Origin: an uncultured Planctomycetia bacterium
Lineage (GTDB): Bacteria > Planctomycetota > UBA8108 > UBA1146
Direction of reading: 5' to 3'
Assembly (NCBI GenBank): GCA_964422295.1
Contig: CAYRAM010000002.1
Coordinates: forward strand, 24,052 to 88,051
DNA length: 64,000 nt
A program made the translations under genes and the position numbers. The notes under the pieces are model-generated. The model ran no database searches. It saw only the letters and a program-made list of their open reading frames with translations, and was not told where the DNA came from. Numbering within the stretch: the stretch's first letter is position 1; every line of letters begins with the position of its first letter. Of this stretch, positions 37,521 through 46,670 are shown piece by piece.

Positions 37521-39134
37521 TCAAGCCAAAGGGCGACAGATGACGCAGGCGTTGATCCCGCCCACACCCATCGAAAGTTTACCTGCGAGTCCCTCTGGTA
37601 AGGGGACGGCCGTTTTACCGGTGAAGTTCCGATGGACCTCGGAAATCTGTGGATTGATTTCCGTACCTTCCAGGGAGGTGGGAGCGATCTGACCCGATTC
37701 ACCTGCCAGCATCTGGGCGGTCAATTCCCAGCCGCCACAAACTCCCATTCCGTGTCCAAAGGTACCCTTGCGGGCAGTCATCAGGATGTGATCGGGGAAG
37801 AGTTTGCGGGCGTTTTCCACTTCCAGGTAATCACCCGGTGTGGCTGTGCAATGGAGATCCCATGTCGAAATCGAATCCGGTTCTGCGCAAGCAGCTTTGA
37901 GGGCGGAATGAATCGAGGCGGTCGGTCCCTCCTCACTGGGAGTGATGATGTGGTCCGCATCCGAAGTCAATCCAACGCCGACCGGCTCCATCCCCAGGGG
38001 TTGATAACCGCGAGCCTGCATCTTCTCCATGTCACCGATGATCCACACACAGGAACCCCCACTGATATGGGTTCCTCGTAAACCGGTCAAAGGTTTGGAA
38101 ACCTCGCCGTCATTGGAGAGGACGCGGGCTGCGTTGAACGCACCGACGACCATCGGGTGGGGAGGCGGATCCGATGCTCCGATCACCACCGCTTCTGCTT
38201 CACCCCGGTAAATGGCATCCATCCCCAATTTCAGGGCGACCCCAAAGGTGGAACAGGCGGCGACAGGTGAAAAACAGGGTCCGGTGATCTTGCCCATCAT
38301 GGTGATCTGTGTGGCGACTGAACTGTGGATGTTCCACAAGAGATTCGGCGAAACGGCGTTCCAAGGTTCTACAGGTGCTCCCCAATCCTTGCGCAATTGG
38401 GCAGCCTTTTTCATCTTCCCGCGGATCACCGCAGCTTTGTTGCTCTCGACTTCACCGGTGATGCTCTCGCCCTCGATCTGGCGACTCTCTTCGAGGTATT
38501 CTGCGAGTCGGGTCGATTTTCCCGCCCAGTAGCGATTCCAAACCCTGCGCACCTCATCCCGCGCTTCGGGAGCGACCTTGTCGGGATCTTCCGGCATCCC
38601 TGCCAGAGTATCGGGGCTTGCATCTCCGGCGTTGAAGGCGGCACGGGCGGGGCAGTTTTCGGCACTGGCCCAAAACTCATCCCATTGAGACTGGGCGCGA
38701 TCGGCGGTGATCGCCACATCGGAGATCGTCGTCAAATCTCCCAGACCTGTGCCGACATAGACGTGCGCAGAATTCCCCAACTCCTGAAGCGTGTTTTCGA
38801 TACCCGGATTTTGGTCGAGTGCCTGGATGAAACTGCCGACAGCCATCAGCGTGGGATTTCCCATCTTGCTTTGCAATTGGCCGAAGCGATTGGGAGGGAA
38901 TCGATCGTCGATCCAGGAGTGGTAATCCTCAAAGTCGAATTCAGGTTCACCGACAAGGAAGTTGTTGGGCCCGAAGCCATCAAATTGCTGGAGCCATGAC
39001 CCGCCGGAGTAGAGCTTCTCCCGAAAGGTGTCGACTGTGGCGCAGCCCGGTGCGATCACTCCCCAGCCAAAGATACCGACTCGGGGCCGTGAATTCTTTT
39101 CGGCTTCAGTATTGTGCGAATCAGTCATGCTCAT
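37521..39134 (-). CDS. Beta-ketoacyl synthase family protein (FabF/FabB-like) with a ~130-aa insertion before the active-site Cys.
   Basis: Active-site 'GPCFSPVAACSTFGVALKLG', His motifs 'DHIITP' and 'TFGHGMGVCGG', and a C-terminal 'GGINACVI'. The N-terminal Gly-rich 'RVGIFGWGVIAPG' is present. The inserted segment 'WDEFWASAENCPARAAF...KDWGAPVEPWN' is not seen in canonical KAS. Confidence 0.65.
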   Translation of the reverse strand: MSMTDSHNTEAEKNSRPRVGIFGWGVIAPGCATVDTFREKLYSGGSWLQQFDGFGPNNFLVGEPEFDFEDYHSWIDDRFPPNRFGQLQSKMGNPTLMAVGSFIQALDQNPGIENTLQELGNSAHVYVGTGLGDLTTISDVAITADRAQSQWDEFWASAENCPARAAFNAGDASPDTLAGMPEDPDKVAPEARDEVRRVWNRYWAGKSTRLAEYLEESRQIEGESITGEVESNKAAVIRGKMKKAAQLRKDWGAPVEPWNAVSPNLLWNIHSSVATQITMMGKITGPCFSPVAACSTFGVALKLGMDAIYRGEAEAVVIGASDPPPHPMVVGAFNAARVLSNDGEVSKPLTGLRGTHISGGSCVWIIGDMEKMQARGYQPLGMEPVGVGLTSDADHIITPSEEGPTASIHSALKAACAEPDSISTWDLHCTATPGDYLEVENARKLFPDHILMTARKGTFGHGMGVCGGWELTAQMLAGESGQIAPTSLEGTEINPQISEVHRNFTGKTAVPLPEGLAGKLSMGVGGINACVICRPLA

Positions 39135-39315
39135 CTCCTAGACAGGAATCGCCGGTTTCGGGATCTTCCCTGACAATCTCCATGTTCCCGCCTTCAGGGA
39201 GATTTTTCTAGCGAATATCGACGGGTGAAGACCCACCGCAGCCCCGCAGTCGGGGGTTGCGGCGCTTTCGATCCCCCGGGATGATTCGCCATCAGAGGAG
39301 GATTTAAGGTTCGCC

Positions 39316-40380
39316 ATGTCCAGCAAGTCCAATCCACATACGTCGATGAGGTTGCCAAAGATCTGGTATTCGCTCCTCTGGCTGCATCTGTGCGGGTGCA
39401 TTGCGGGGTGTCAGGGATTTGGCCCTCAAGGTCGCGAGTTTTCCCAGGAATTGATGGAAGAACGCCTGAAGCACGGCCCGCTGCAGGCGGTGGCGAGTCC
39501 CCCTGAGTACATCCTTCTCGACGGTTATCCTCCGAAGTACAGGGATGCCATCGCGGAAGGGATTGATGCGGCACGCAGTTTCTTGGGGGAGTACGGGCCT
39601 GTGCGAGTCTATATCTTGGGTCAAACCGACGATGGGCCCGGCACCGAGATCGGCACCGAGACTGGTACCGAGGAAGGGCGTCAACTGTTTTTGGAAAGGT
39701 ATTGCCAGCCGCGCCGTCTCTCTGCACCTGATGGATACTCTGAAGATTGCGCGGGAGGACCGGGGCAACGACTGTTGGACGTGGCCAGTTCCGGCGGACA
39801 GGAAGCGTACCAATCACTCGTCATTCATACCGACCCACCGTATTCGGAATTGGTATTCATCAATGCTCACGATTGGGGAGCGACGGACATGCCGCTCAGG
39901 GGAATCCACGAATACTATCATGCATTTCAGTGTTCCCACCGCGAGGCCCCGGGTTGGTTGATGGAAGGGGGCGCAGTTTTTCACGAAGTCTGGATCGGCG
40001 CACAACATGGTTGGGTCGACTCCACACAAGCGATGCGCCGGTCCCTCAACAATGCACTGGAAGCGGTTGCCTTGGGAAAAGAGTTGTCGGACATGGAATA
40101 CACTCGTGATGTCCCCGCCGACATGGAGCCGTTTCACAGGCAAGTGGCCTATGACATGGGTTGTTGGGCGGTTGCATTCATGATCGGAAATTCAGAAGAG
40201 CGCAGTGTGGCCCAATTCAGGGACCAATTTTATCCACTGCTTCAAAAGTCGGGTTGGCGCAGCGCGGTTGCCGAGTATTGCGGGAGAGAGTCCCTGGCAA
40301 AGTTCTATCGTGACTTTGAGGTGTTCTTGCAACGACCGACTGCCGATCATATGGATCTCTATCGTAGCCTGCGCCCCTGA
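39316..40380 (+). CDS. Putative lipoprotein with an HExxH zinc-metallopeptidase-like motif.
   Basis: Lipobox-like 'LHLCGCIAGCQG' and an 'IHEYYHAFQ' HExxH motif. No further family assignment. Confidence 0.4.
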   Translation: MSSKSNPHTSMRLPKIWYSLLWLHLCGCIAGCQGFGPQGREFSQELMEERLKHGPLQAVASPPEYILLDGYPPKYRDAIAEGIDAARSFLGEYGPVRVYILGQTDDGPGTEIGTETGTEEGRQLFLERYCQPRRLSAPDGYSEDCAGGPGQRLLDVASSGGQEAYQSLVIHTDPPYSELVFINAHDWGATDMPLRGIHEYYHAFQCSHREAPGWLMEGGAVFHEVWIGAQHGWVDSTQAMRRSLNNALEAVALGKELSDMEYTRDVPADMEPFHRQVAYDMGCWAVAFMIGNSEERSVAQFRDQFYPLLQKSGWRSAVAEYCGRESLAKFYRDFEVFLQRPTADHMDLYRSLRP

Positions 40381-40450
40381 ATATAGTCCCTGAATCGCGG
40401 CACTGAATTCTTGCTTCCTTGAATTCCTGCGTCCGATCGAGACGGACTCT

Positions 40451-41023
40451 TTAAATTCCCAGAAACCAGCGGTGAAGTCGGAGATCGGATGTCAACTCGG
40501 GGTGAAAGCAGCAAGCAACACATCGATCCTGCTGCACGGCGACAGCTTCTCCATCTCTTTGTGCGAGAATGTTGACGCCGGTGCCGATTCGGGTGAAGCG
40601 GGGTGCGCGGATGAAGACTCCTTCACCGGTTCCTGGGCCCGGTCCCGCCTGCCATTCCACCTCACCGATAAATGAGTGGATCTGGCGACCGTAGGCATTG
40701 CGGTCGACATCCACATCGATCAGGTCGAAGCGCGGAGGCAATTGACCCGGGTATTTCCCCATCAATATCGCCCCGGCACAGGTTCCCATCAGCGCAAGAG
40801 TCCCGTCCTTGACACGACTTGGAATCTGCTGGTCGAGATCTTGGGCTTTCAACAAGTGGTGCAGTGTGGTGCTTTCGCCACCAGGGATTACCAGGTGGCT
40901 GACTCCTTCGAGGTGCGCAGGTTTGCGCACTTCAACAGGATCTGCCCCTGCCGCATGCAAAGATTTGAGATGGGGTTCGACGGAACCCTGAAGTGCGAGG
41001 ACACCTGCGTAGACCTTGGACAA
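40451..41023 (-). CDS. pdxT: Pyridoxal 5'-phosphate synthase glutaminase subunit.
   Basis: 'VLALQGSVEPH', 'LVIPGGESTT' and catalytic 'GTCAGAI'. It is about 190 aa. TTG start adjacent to the pdxS stop. Confidence 0.9.
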   Translation of the reverse strand: MSKVYAGVLALQGSVEPHLKSLHAAGADPVEVRKPAHLEGVSHLVIPGGESTTLHHLLKAQDLDQQIPSRVKDGTLALMGTCAGAILMGKYPGQLPPRFDLIDVDVDRNAYGRQIHSFIGEVEWQAGPGPGTGEGVFIRAPRFTRIGTGVNILAQRDGEAVAVQQDRCVACCFHPELTSDLRLHRWFLGI

Positions 41024-41026
41024 TGA

Positions 41027-41944
41027 TTACCAACCCCGATCCTGAAGCCGCTCCTCTTGCGGAAGTTTGGTCGCGTCGATGCCCGGCATCGCCTCACCGA
41101 GATCCCTTGAGGCATCGGCGATCTCCGACGCGTCCTCAAAATGGGCTGTCGCATGAACGATGGCCTTGGCGGTACGCAGGGGATCGGTCGACTTGAAGAT
41201 TCCCGAACCGACGAAGACCGCTTCCGCACCCAGACGCATGGCGAGAGCAGCATCCGCAGGAGTGGCAATCCCCCCGGCGGCAAAGTTCGGAACCGGCAAT
41301 CGTCCCTCGGAGGCAACCTGGCGAATCAGGGAATATGGCGCTCCATGATCCGTGGCGAGGGTCATCCATTCTTCTTCCGGGGCAGTGGTCAGTTGGCGGA
41401 TTTGAGTGTGAATCGCCCTCAGGTGACGTACCGCTTCGGTAATATCTCCGGTTCCTGCCTCACCCTTGGTGCGCAGCATCGCGGCACCTTCGCCGATGCG
41501 ACGCAGTGCTTCCCCGAGGTTCGTTGCACCGCAGACGAAAGGAACCTTGAAGCGATTTTTGTCGATGTGATGGGCATGATCCGCAGGGGTCAGGACTTCC
41601 GATTCGTCGATGAAGTCGACTTCCAGCGCTTGCAAAATTTCTGCTTCGACGAAGTGGCCGATCCTGGCCTTGGCCATCACTGGAATCGAGCAGATCTTCT
41701 GGATCTCCTCGACCTTCTCCACGGGTGACATGCGGGCGACACCGCCATCACGGCGGATGTCGGAGGGAACCCGTTCCAATGCCATGACTGCCACCGCTCC
41801 CGCCTCTTGGGCCACATGGGCCTCTTCTACAGAGGTAACGTCCATGATGACCCCTCCGCGGAGCATTTCTGCCAAGCCGATTCGGGTTCTGTGGTCGTCT
41901 GAGAGGCCCTCTCCGCGCAGGGGAGGCTGGTATCGGTCATTCAT
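41027..41944 (-). CDS. pdxS: Pyridoxal 5'-phosphate synthase lyase subunit.
   Basis: '[14 protein letters not shown]', '[32 protein letters not shown]', 'RTKGEAGTG' and '[31 protein letters not shown]'. The start is at the ATG preceded by GGAAGGA. Confidence 0.95.
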   Translation of the reverse strand: MNDRYQPPLRGEGLSDDHRTRIGLAEMLRGGVIMDVTSVEEAHVAQEAGAVAVMALERVPSDIRRDGGVARMSPVEKVEEIQKICSIPVMAKARIGHFVEAEILQALEVDFIDESEVLTPADHAHHIDKNRFKVPFVCGATNLGEALRRIGEGAAMLRTKGEAGTGDITEAVRHLRAIHTQIRQLTTAPEEEWMTLATDHGAPYSLIRQVASEGRLPVPNFAAGGIATPADAALAMRLGAEAVFVGSGIFKSTDPLRTAKAIVHATAHFEDASEIADASRDLGEAMPGIDATKLPQEERLQDRGW

Positions 41945-42537
41945 GCGTTTGAATCCTTCCAGGCGGATGAACGGGGAGAAGGAACGATGCCCCCCGTGCA
42001 GCGGCCAGCGGTGTTGAGTTTGCACCCGGATTCTGAGCGATGCGAGCAGATCGAAGCGACTCTACGGGTTTCCCGGGGCGATTCTGGTGGTTATTCTGGG
42101 GGGCGACCTGCGGGAAATTCGGGGATATGAATCGCGGGGATACCTCTGGGCCCATTTCTACGTGGTCCCGGTGGGTGGGGGAATTAAGTGTGAGTGGATC
42201 GGCCGTTGCCAGGAACCACCTGTGGTGATTCCACAAGGGACCGATCATTTCCAGCGGGGTATTCAAGCGTCTGATGGGAGTCAATTCCTGACCGACCAGC
42301 CCTGAGTGTACATTTTGAATCACTGGCGGTTTCACGGCCCGTTCGGTTCCGATGTACAGGGGAACCGGATTCGGGGCTCGAAGAGACAGCCATCGAGGGA
42401 GAACCGAACACTGTGTTTGCGGCGACATTGCGAACCAGGGTTAGGCGTGAACGAACATTGGATGGATCGATGAACATCGTTGTGGAAACGACTCTGGCAA
42501 GGAGTCCCGTTTCCTGCCCGGAAAAGAGCCAAGCTAT

Positions 42538-43869
42538 ATGACTTCAACAAAACTGTGGCTGATGATATTTCTTCTGCTGTGTCCGGGATGGGTCCATGGC
42601 CAATTGTTTGAGCGCCCTGTCGTACTCGAAGGAGTGAGTGCGATCTCTCCGGGTTCAACACAGGAGAATTTGACCATCACCATCCGGGGCGGTCGAATCA
42701 CCGAGATCTCTCAAACCGCAGACGTTCCGCTGATGGCCAAGAAAATCCCTGCCCAGGGCCTCTTCGCCACCGCCGGTCTCGTCGATCACGCATCAAACCT
42801 GACTCTTCCCGTCGGCGGAGCAGGTGCAGCGGAACAGTGGAGTTGGGATGGTTTTGACCGCTATTCGAGGGATGCCATCGAAGCCGTGCTCGCTGCGGGA
42901 GTGACGCGGGTTCACCTGGTCCCGGCGAGGGGCGAGGGAATCAGTGGCAGATCCTGCTGGGTATCGCTGAAAAATTCCCAAGGTGGGGGACACGGTGTTC
43001 TCATCGAAGAGGAAACAGCGCTGTGCGTCAATCTTGCAGCCGGGACTCCCGCCAACAGAATCCGATCCTACGCCAAAATCGTCGCCGCGTTTCGCGGTGC
43101 CCGCGATCGCAGGGACGCACTCGACAGTTACGAATCAGACCTGGAGGAATACCTCGAGGAACTCAAGAAATGGATTGAGGAGAATGACTCCGCAGAGGGT
43201 GACGAAGAAAAGGATGAAGAAAAGATGGACGGCGATGACGGGGACAAGGAGAAGTCGGATGATTCCGATAAAGCCCCTGAAAAGCCACGCCGACCCGATC
43301 TGGATGCCACCTCGGATATCCTGCTGCGCGCCGTCAATCACGAATTGCCGGTATTGATCACCGCCAGAAAGTCTGCGGATCTGATCAATGCCTGTGAACT
43401 GATCCGCGACTACGAACTGGATGCCATCATCCACGGTGCCGATGAGGCTGAGTTGGTGATCGATCAACTCAAAGAGTTGGAGGACGTTTCTTTCATCATC
43501 GATGAACCAGCCATGCCATTGGAGTCCTCGGGGTCGGGAGTCTTCACTTCCAGGCCTCGTCGCCCGTCCAGTCTGACGAAAGTTCTCGATGACCATGATT
43601 TTGATTGGGTCATCGGCAGTGGTGGATCGGGATCGGGATTATGGAGGATGACCCGCAAGATGACCGGGGGTGAGGCTCTCGCCAGTGCCCAGTCCACCAA
43701 CCTGCGTGGACTCAAGAGCCGAAGGGATTGGCTCAGGCCCGGCCAAAGGCACATCGTTTTGTGGAGTACCAATCCGGCAACGGATGCCTCAGCACGTCCA
43801 GTAAAAGTCCTCATCGACGGGGACGTGGTGTGGGAAGAAACCTCAGCAGCGAGAGGGGGACGTTTCTGA
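42538..43869 (+). CDS. Secreted amidohydrolase-superfamily paralog 1 of 8 (metal-binding HxH replaced by 'DHA').
   Basis: Signal peptide 'LWLMIFLLLCPGWVHG'. The N-terminal beta-sandwich 'ITIRGGRITEI', the HxH-region 'ATAGLVDHASN' and a C-terminal 'VKVLIDGDVVWEE' are present. An acidic KE-rich insert 'EENDSAEGDEEKDEEKMDGDDGDKEKSDDSDK' is in the middle. Confidence 0.6.
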   Translation: MTSTKLWLMIFLLLCPGWVHGQLFERPVVLEGVSAISPGSTQENLTITIRGGRITEISQTADVPLMAKKIPAQGLFATAGLVDHASNLTLPVGGAGAAEQWSWDGFDRYSRDAIEAVLAAGVTRVHLVPARGEGISGRSCWVSLKNSQGGGHGVLIEEETALCVNLAAGTPANRIRSYAKIVAAFRGARDRRDALDSYESDLEEYLEELKKWIEENDSAEGDEEKDEEKMDGDDGDKEKSDDSDKAPEKPRRPDLDATSDILLRAVNHELPVLITARKSADLINACELIRDYELDAIIHGADEAELVIDQLKELEDVSFIIDEPAMPLESSGSGVFTSRPRRPSSLTKVLDDHDFDWVIGSGGSGSGLWRMTRKMTGGEALASAQSTNLRGLKSRRDWLRPGQRHIVLWSTNPATDASARPVKVLIDGDVVWEETSAARGGRF

Positions 43870-45086
43870 TGCAGATCAAAACGATCCGACGTCACTGTTT
43901 CACACTACCGCAGCGTACTCAGGCGTCATTGCTGTTGATCACTTTGGCAGTTTTGTGGGTGATCGGTCAGCCTTTCGCTTTCGCCGGCAAACCGATGACG
44001 GTCATCACCGGGGCCGCCGTTCTGCTGCCGGATGGAACCGTCGAAGATAACTGGGCAGTATCGGTGGGCCCGGATGGCACCATCAGCGCCTTGCTTCCGG
44101 CCGAATCTTTCGATGACGATGTCGAGGAATGGATCACCTATCAGGCACCGGCTGGATCGGTATTGACACCGGGATTGCATGATTTGATGGGAGCGCTCGG
44201 GACAAGAGGGAAGCCTGGATCCCTGCGGGCAGGGAAGCTGCTCATCGATCCTGAATTGGATGCGGGTCACAGCTTTGACAGCAGTGATCCCTGGCTCGAT
44301 GAAGCTGCCAAACACGGGGTCCTCTACACCACACTGGCGGCTCAGCCACTGGGAGTGGTGAACGGAAAAAGCGCAACCTTCCTTTGCCAGACTTCTGGCG
44401 CAGCAAAGAGGCTCTCCGATGGAAAGACGATGCTGGCATTGGGAGATTCGGTTCTCTCGAATGATCGGATGCCCACCAGCAGAACTTCACTGCTGTCGAT
44501 TTGGCGCGAATGGATCGCTAGTCAGCCCTCGATTCTGAATTCCCCCGGAATCCTTTACGTCGCGGAGGGGATGGATCTCCGCCAAGCGCTGGGTCTGACG
44601 TGGTCAAAGGCGGCGATTCCGGTGTTTATTCACACCGGTGGCGATGCGCGTTCACCCCTGGAGCTATTGGGCAGGCTTGGCAAACAGTCCGGTCCTGTCC
44701 ACATGGTCGTGGGCCCCTTTCTCGAAGGGGGAGATCGGGCGCATCTGATGATGGCGGTGAGCGCTTCCCGGCAAGGAGTGGAATTGAGTTTTGCTGGAGG
44801 TCTTCCGGCGGGCCCCACGGATCACCTGCGTGGAAGTGCCGCGCTGGCGGTTGCAGCGGGAATGGATTCTACCGCAGCACGGAGAGCACTCTTCAGCAAT
44901 CCTGCCCACGTATCAGGAGCCTCTGATACCGGTGTGATTGCCGCAGGAAACAGGGCTGACATGGTGCTCTTCTCCGGAGATCCTCTCGACCCGGCCTCCG
45001 AGGTCATACACGTGTGGCGCGGGGGGCAGGGGATGCGAGTGGCCCTTCCCGGTGAAGTCGAAGAAATGGAGACGATCAGAAGATGA
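43869..45086 (+). CDS. Secreted amidohydrolase-superfamily paralog 2 ('LHD' in place of HxH).
   Basis: ATG 43869 overlaps the upstream TGA (TGATG). Signal peptide 'LLLITLAVLWVIGQPFAFA'. 'LTPGLHDLMGAL' and a C-terminal 'ADMVLFSGDPLDPASEVIHVWRGG' are present. Confidence 0.6.
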   Translation: MQIKTIRRHCFTLPQRTQASLLLITLAVLWVIGQPFAFAGKPMTVITGAAVLLPDGTVEDNWAVSVGPDGTISALLPAESFDDDVEEWITYQAPAGSVLTPGLHDLMGALGTRGKPGSLRAGKLLIDPELDAGHSFDSSDPWLDEAAKHGVLYTTLAAQPLGVVNGKSATFLCQTSGAAKRLSDGKTMLALGDSVLSNDRMPTSRTSLLSIWREWIASQPSILNSPGILYVAEGMDLRQALGLTWSKAAIPVFIHTGGDARSPLELLGRLGKQSGPVHMVVGPFLEGGDRAHLMMAVSASRQGVELSFAGGLPAGPTDHLRGSAALAVAAGMDSTAARRALFSNPAHVSGASDTGVIAAGNRADMVLFSGDPLDPASEVIHVWRGGQGMRVALPGEVEEMETIRR

Positions 45087-46621
45087 ACAATGCGCAACTG
45101 AACAGATATACACAGGTGATCCTGGCACTCGTTGTCATTTTGGGAGTGGCCCACGGGTCCGTCCACGGGAATGCCCAGGATTCCACTGATCCGGTCAACT
45201 CCTATGCAGTCAAGGCTGCCAAGGCTCATCTGGGTAATGGTCAAGTCGTCGAAAATGCCCTGATTGTCGTGCGCGATGGGCGTATCGAAAGCGTCACCGC
45301 CGGTGGAAGTGCTCCCGATGGGCTGACATTGATAGAAGTGACGGAAGTTACACCGGGACTGATCGATGCCAACGCCAAGATCGATGTCATGGATGCACTT
45401 CTTTATCCCACGGAGGACCCGCGGCTGACGATTCTCAGAGCGCTGGGGATGGCAGATCAATACCACGGCGGCGACGTTTGCCCCTGCGGTACGGTGTGTC
45501 CTGCGGTGACTTTGCACCGCCACGATGAAAGTTGCCTCTTCTGCGGTTATCCAGAGCATGATCCCCACTCCCATGCACACGATGAGGAGGAGGAGGAAGA
45601 AGAACTCCTGGAACTTGAGAAGCAGGCGATGGCCGCAGGAGTTCCTGCAGAGAGCGGACTGGTTACCGATCAGTCCAGTGAAGTGGTTCCCCAATTTGAA
45701 ATCATGGATGGCATCGATCACGGTTCCAAAGACTTCGATCGTTTGCTGAAGGAAGGTGTGACGACCGTCTACATCAGCCCCGATGGATCCGCCGTGATCG
45801 GATCACGGGGTGCGACGATGAAAACCGGTGGCCCGGTGCTGGACAGGTACATGGGAATCGGCTCGGTGAAAACCGTTGTTGGAAGTGACTCCTATCGCTA
45901 CGGAACGCGTAATCGCAGTCCCTTCCGTGGCTTTGTCACGATTTACACTCGCCGTCCCGATTCCAGAATGGGCGTGGGCTGGGTCTTCCGCAGGGCATTT
46001 TATGATGCCCTCCTGAGAGCCCGCGGTTTGGAGCCGATCGGGGCGGACAAGACCTCGGCGGAAGCATCGAAAGTCTTGCAGGGAGTCCTCGCCGGTGAAA
46101 TTCCGATGCGAATTCAGGCCCGTACCGGCAGCGACATCGAGACGGCTTACCGTTTCGCCAAGGAGTTCGGTGTTTCCTTCACCCTGGAAGACCCGGTTGA
46201 AGCGTGGAAGCGTGTCGATCTCCTCAAGGAAGCGGGGACACCCGTGGTCTTCGGGCCGATTTTCGACCAGCCCAGCGGGATTACCGCCGGGTCCGGAGAG
46301 ATGCGGAATCGTCGTTTGCATACGGTTCGAGATCTTTCCAATGCCGGAATCCCAATGGCGTTGAGTGCCCAGGACCTGCGTGGTGAAGAAGGTCTGGCCC
46401 GGCAGGCGATGCTGGCGATTCGTTATGGAGTGGATCCGCAAGAAGCGCTGCGCATGGTGACCCAATATCCCGCTCAGTTATTGGGAATAGAAGATGAAGT
46501 GGGAACTTTGGAATCGGGCCGCAGAGCGGACCTGGTTTTCTGGAATGGTTCCCCATTCTCGGCATTGACCAGGATCGAAAAGGTCATGCTGGACGGCGTA
46601 ATTTCATACGAAAGAAACTGA
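45083..46621 (+). CDS. Secreted amidohydrolase-superfamily paralog 3 ('IDA').
   Basis: ATGA overlap with paralog 2. Signal peptide 'VILALVVILGVAHGSVHG'. 'VTPGLIDANAKID', a poly-Glu insert 'HDEEEEEEELLELEK' and a C-terminal 'ADLVFWNGSPFSALTRIEKVMLDGVI' are present. Confidence 0.6.
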   Translation: MNNAQLNRYTQVILALVVILGVAHGSVHGNAQDSTDPVNSYAVKAAKAHLGNGQVVENALIVVRDGRIESVTAGGSAPDGLTLIEVTEVTPGLIDANAKIDVMDALLYPTEDPRLTILRALGMADQYHGGDVCPCGTVCPAVTLHRHDESCLFCGYPEHDPHSHAHDEEEEEEELLELEKQAMAAGVPAESGLVTDQSSEVVPQFEIMDGIDHGSKDFDRLLKEGVTTVYISPDGSAVIGSRGATMKTGGPVLDRYMGIGSVKTVVGSDSYRYGTRNRSPFRGFVTIYTRRPDSRMGVGWVFRRAFYDALLRARGLEPIGADKTSAEASKVLQGVLAGEIPMRIQARTGSDIETAYRFAKEFGVSFTLEDPVEAWKRVDLLKEAGTPVVFGPIFDQPSGITAGSGEMRNRRLHTVRDLSNAGIPMALSAQDLRGEEGLARQAMLAIRYGVDPQEALRMVTQYPAQLLGIEDEVGTLESGRRADLVFWNGSPFSALTRIEKVMLDGVISYERN

Positions 46622-46670
46622 TGATTTTCCCGCCATCGAAGTGGCGGGTGCATTGAAACCGAGGTATTCG

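Noticed and set aside
43728-43868. N-terminal extension of amidohydrolase paralog 2 in the ORF track (starting 43728).
   Set aside because: The extension overlaps the C-terminus of paralog 1 in another frame. The ATG at 43869 gives a canonical signal peptide and a stop-start overlap.
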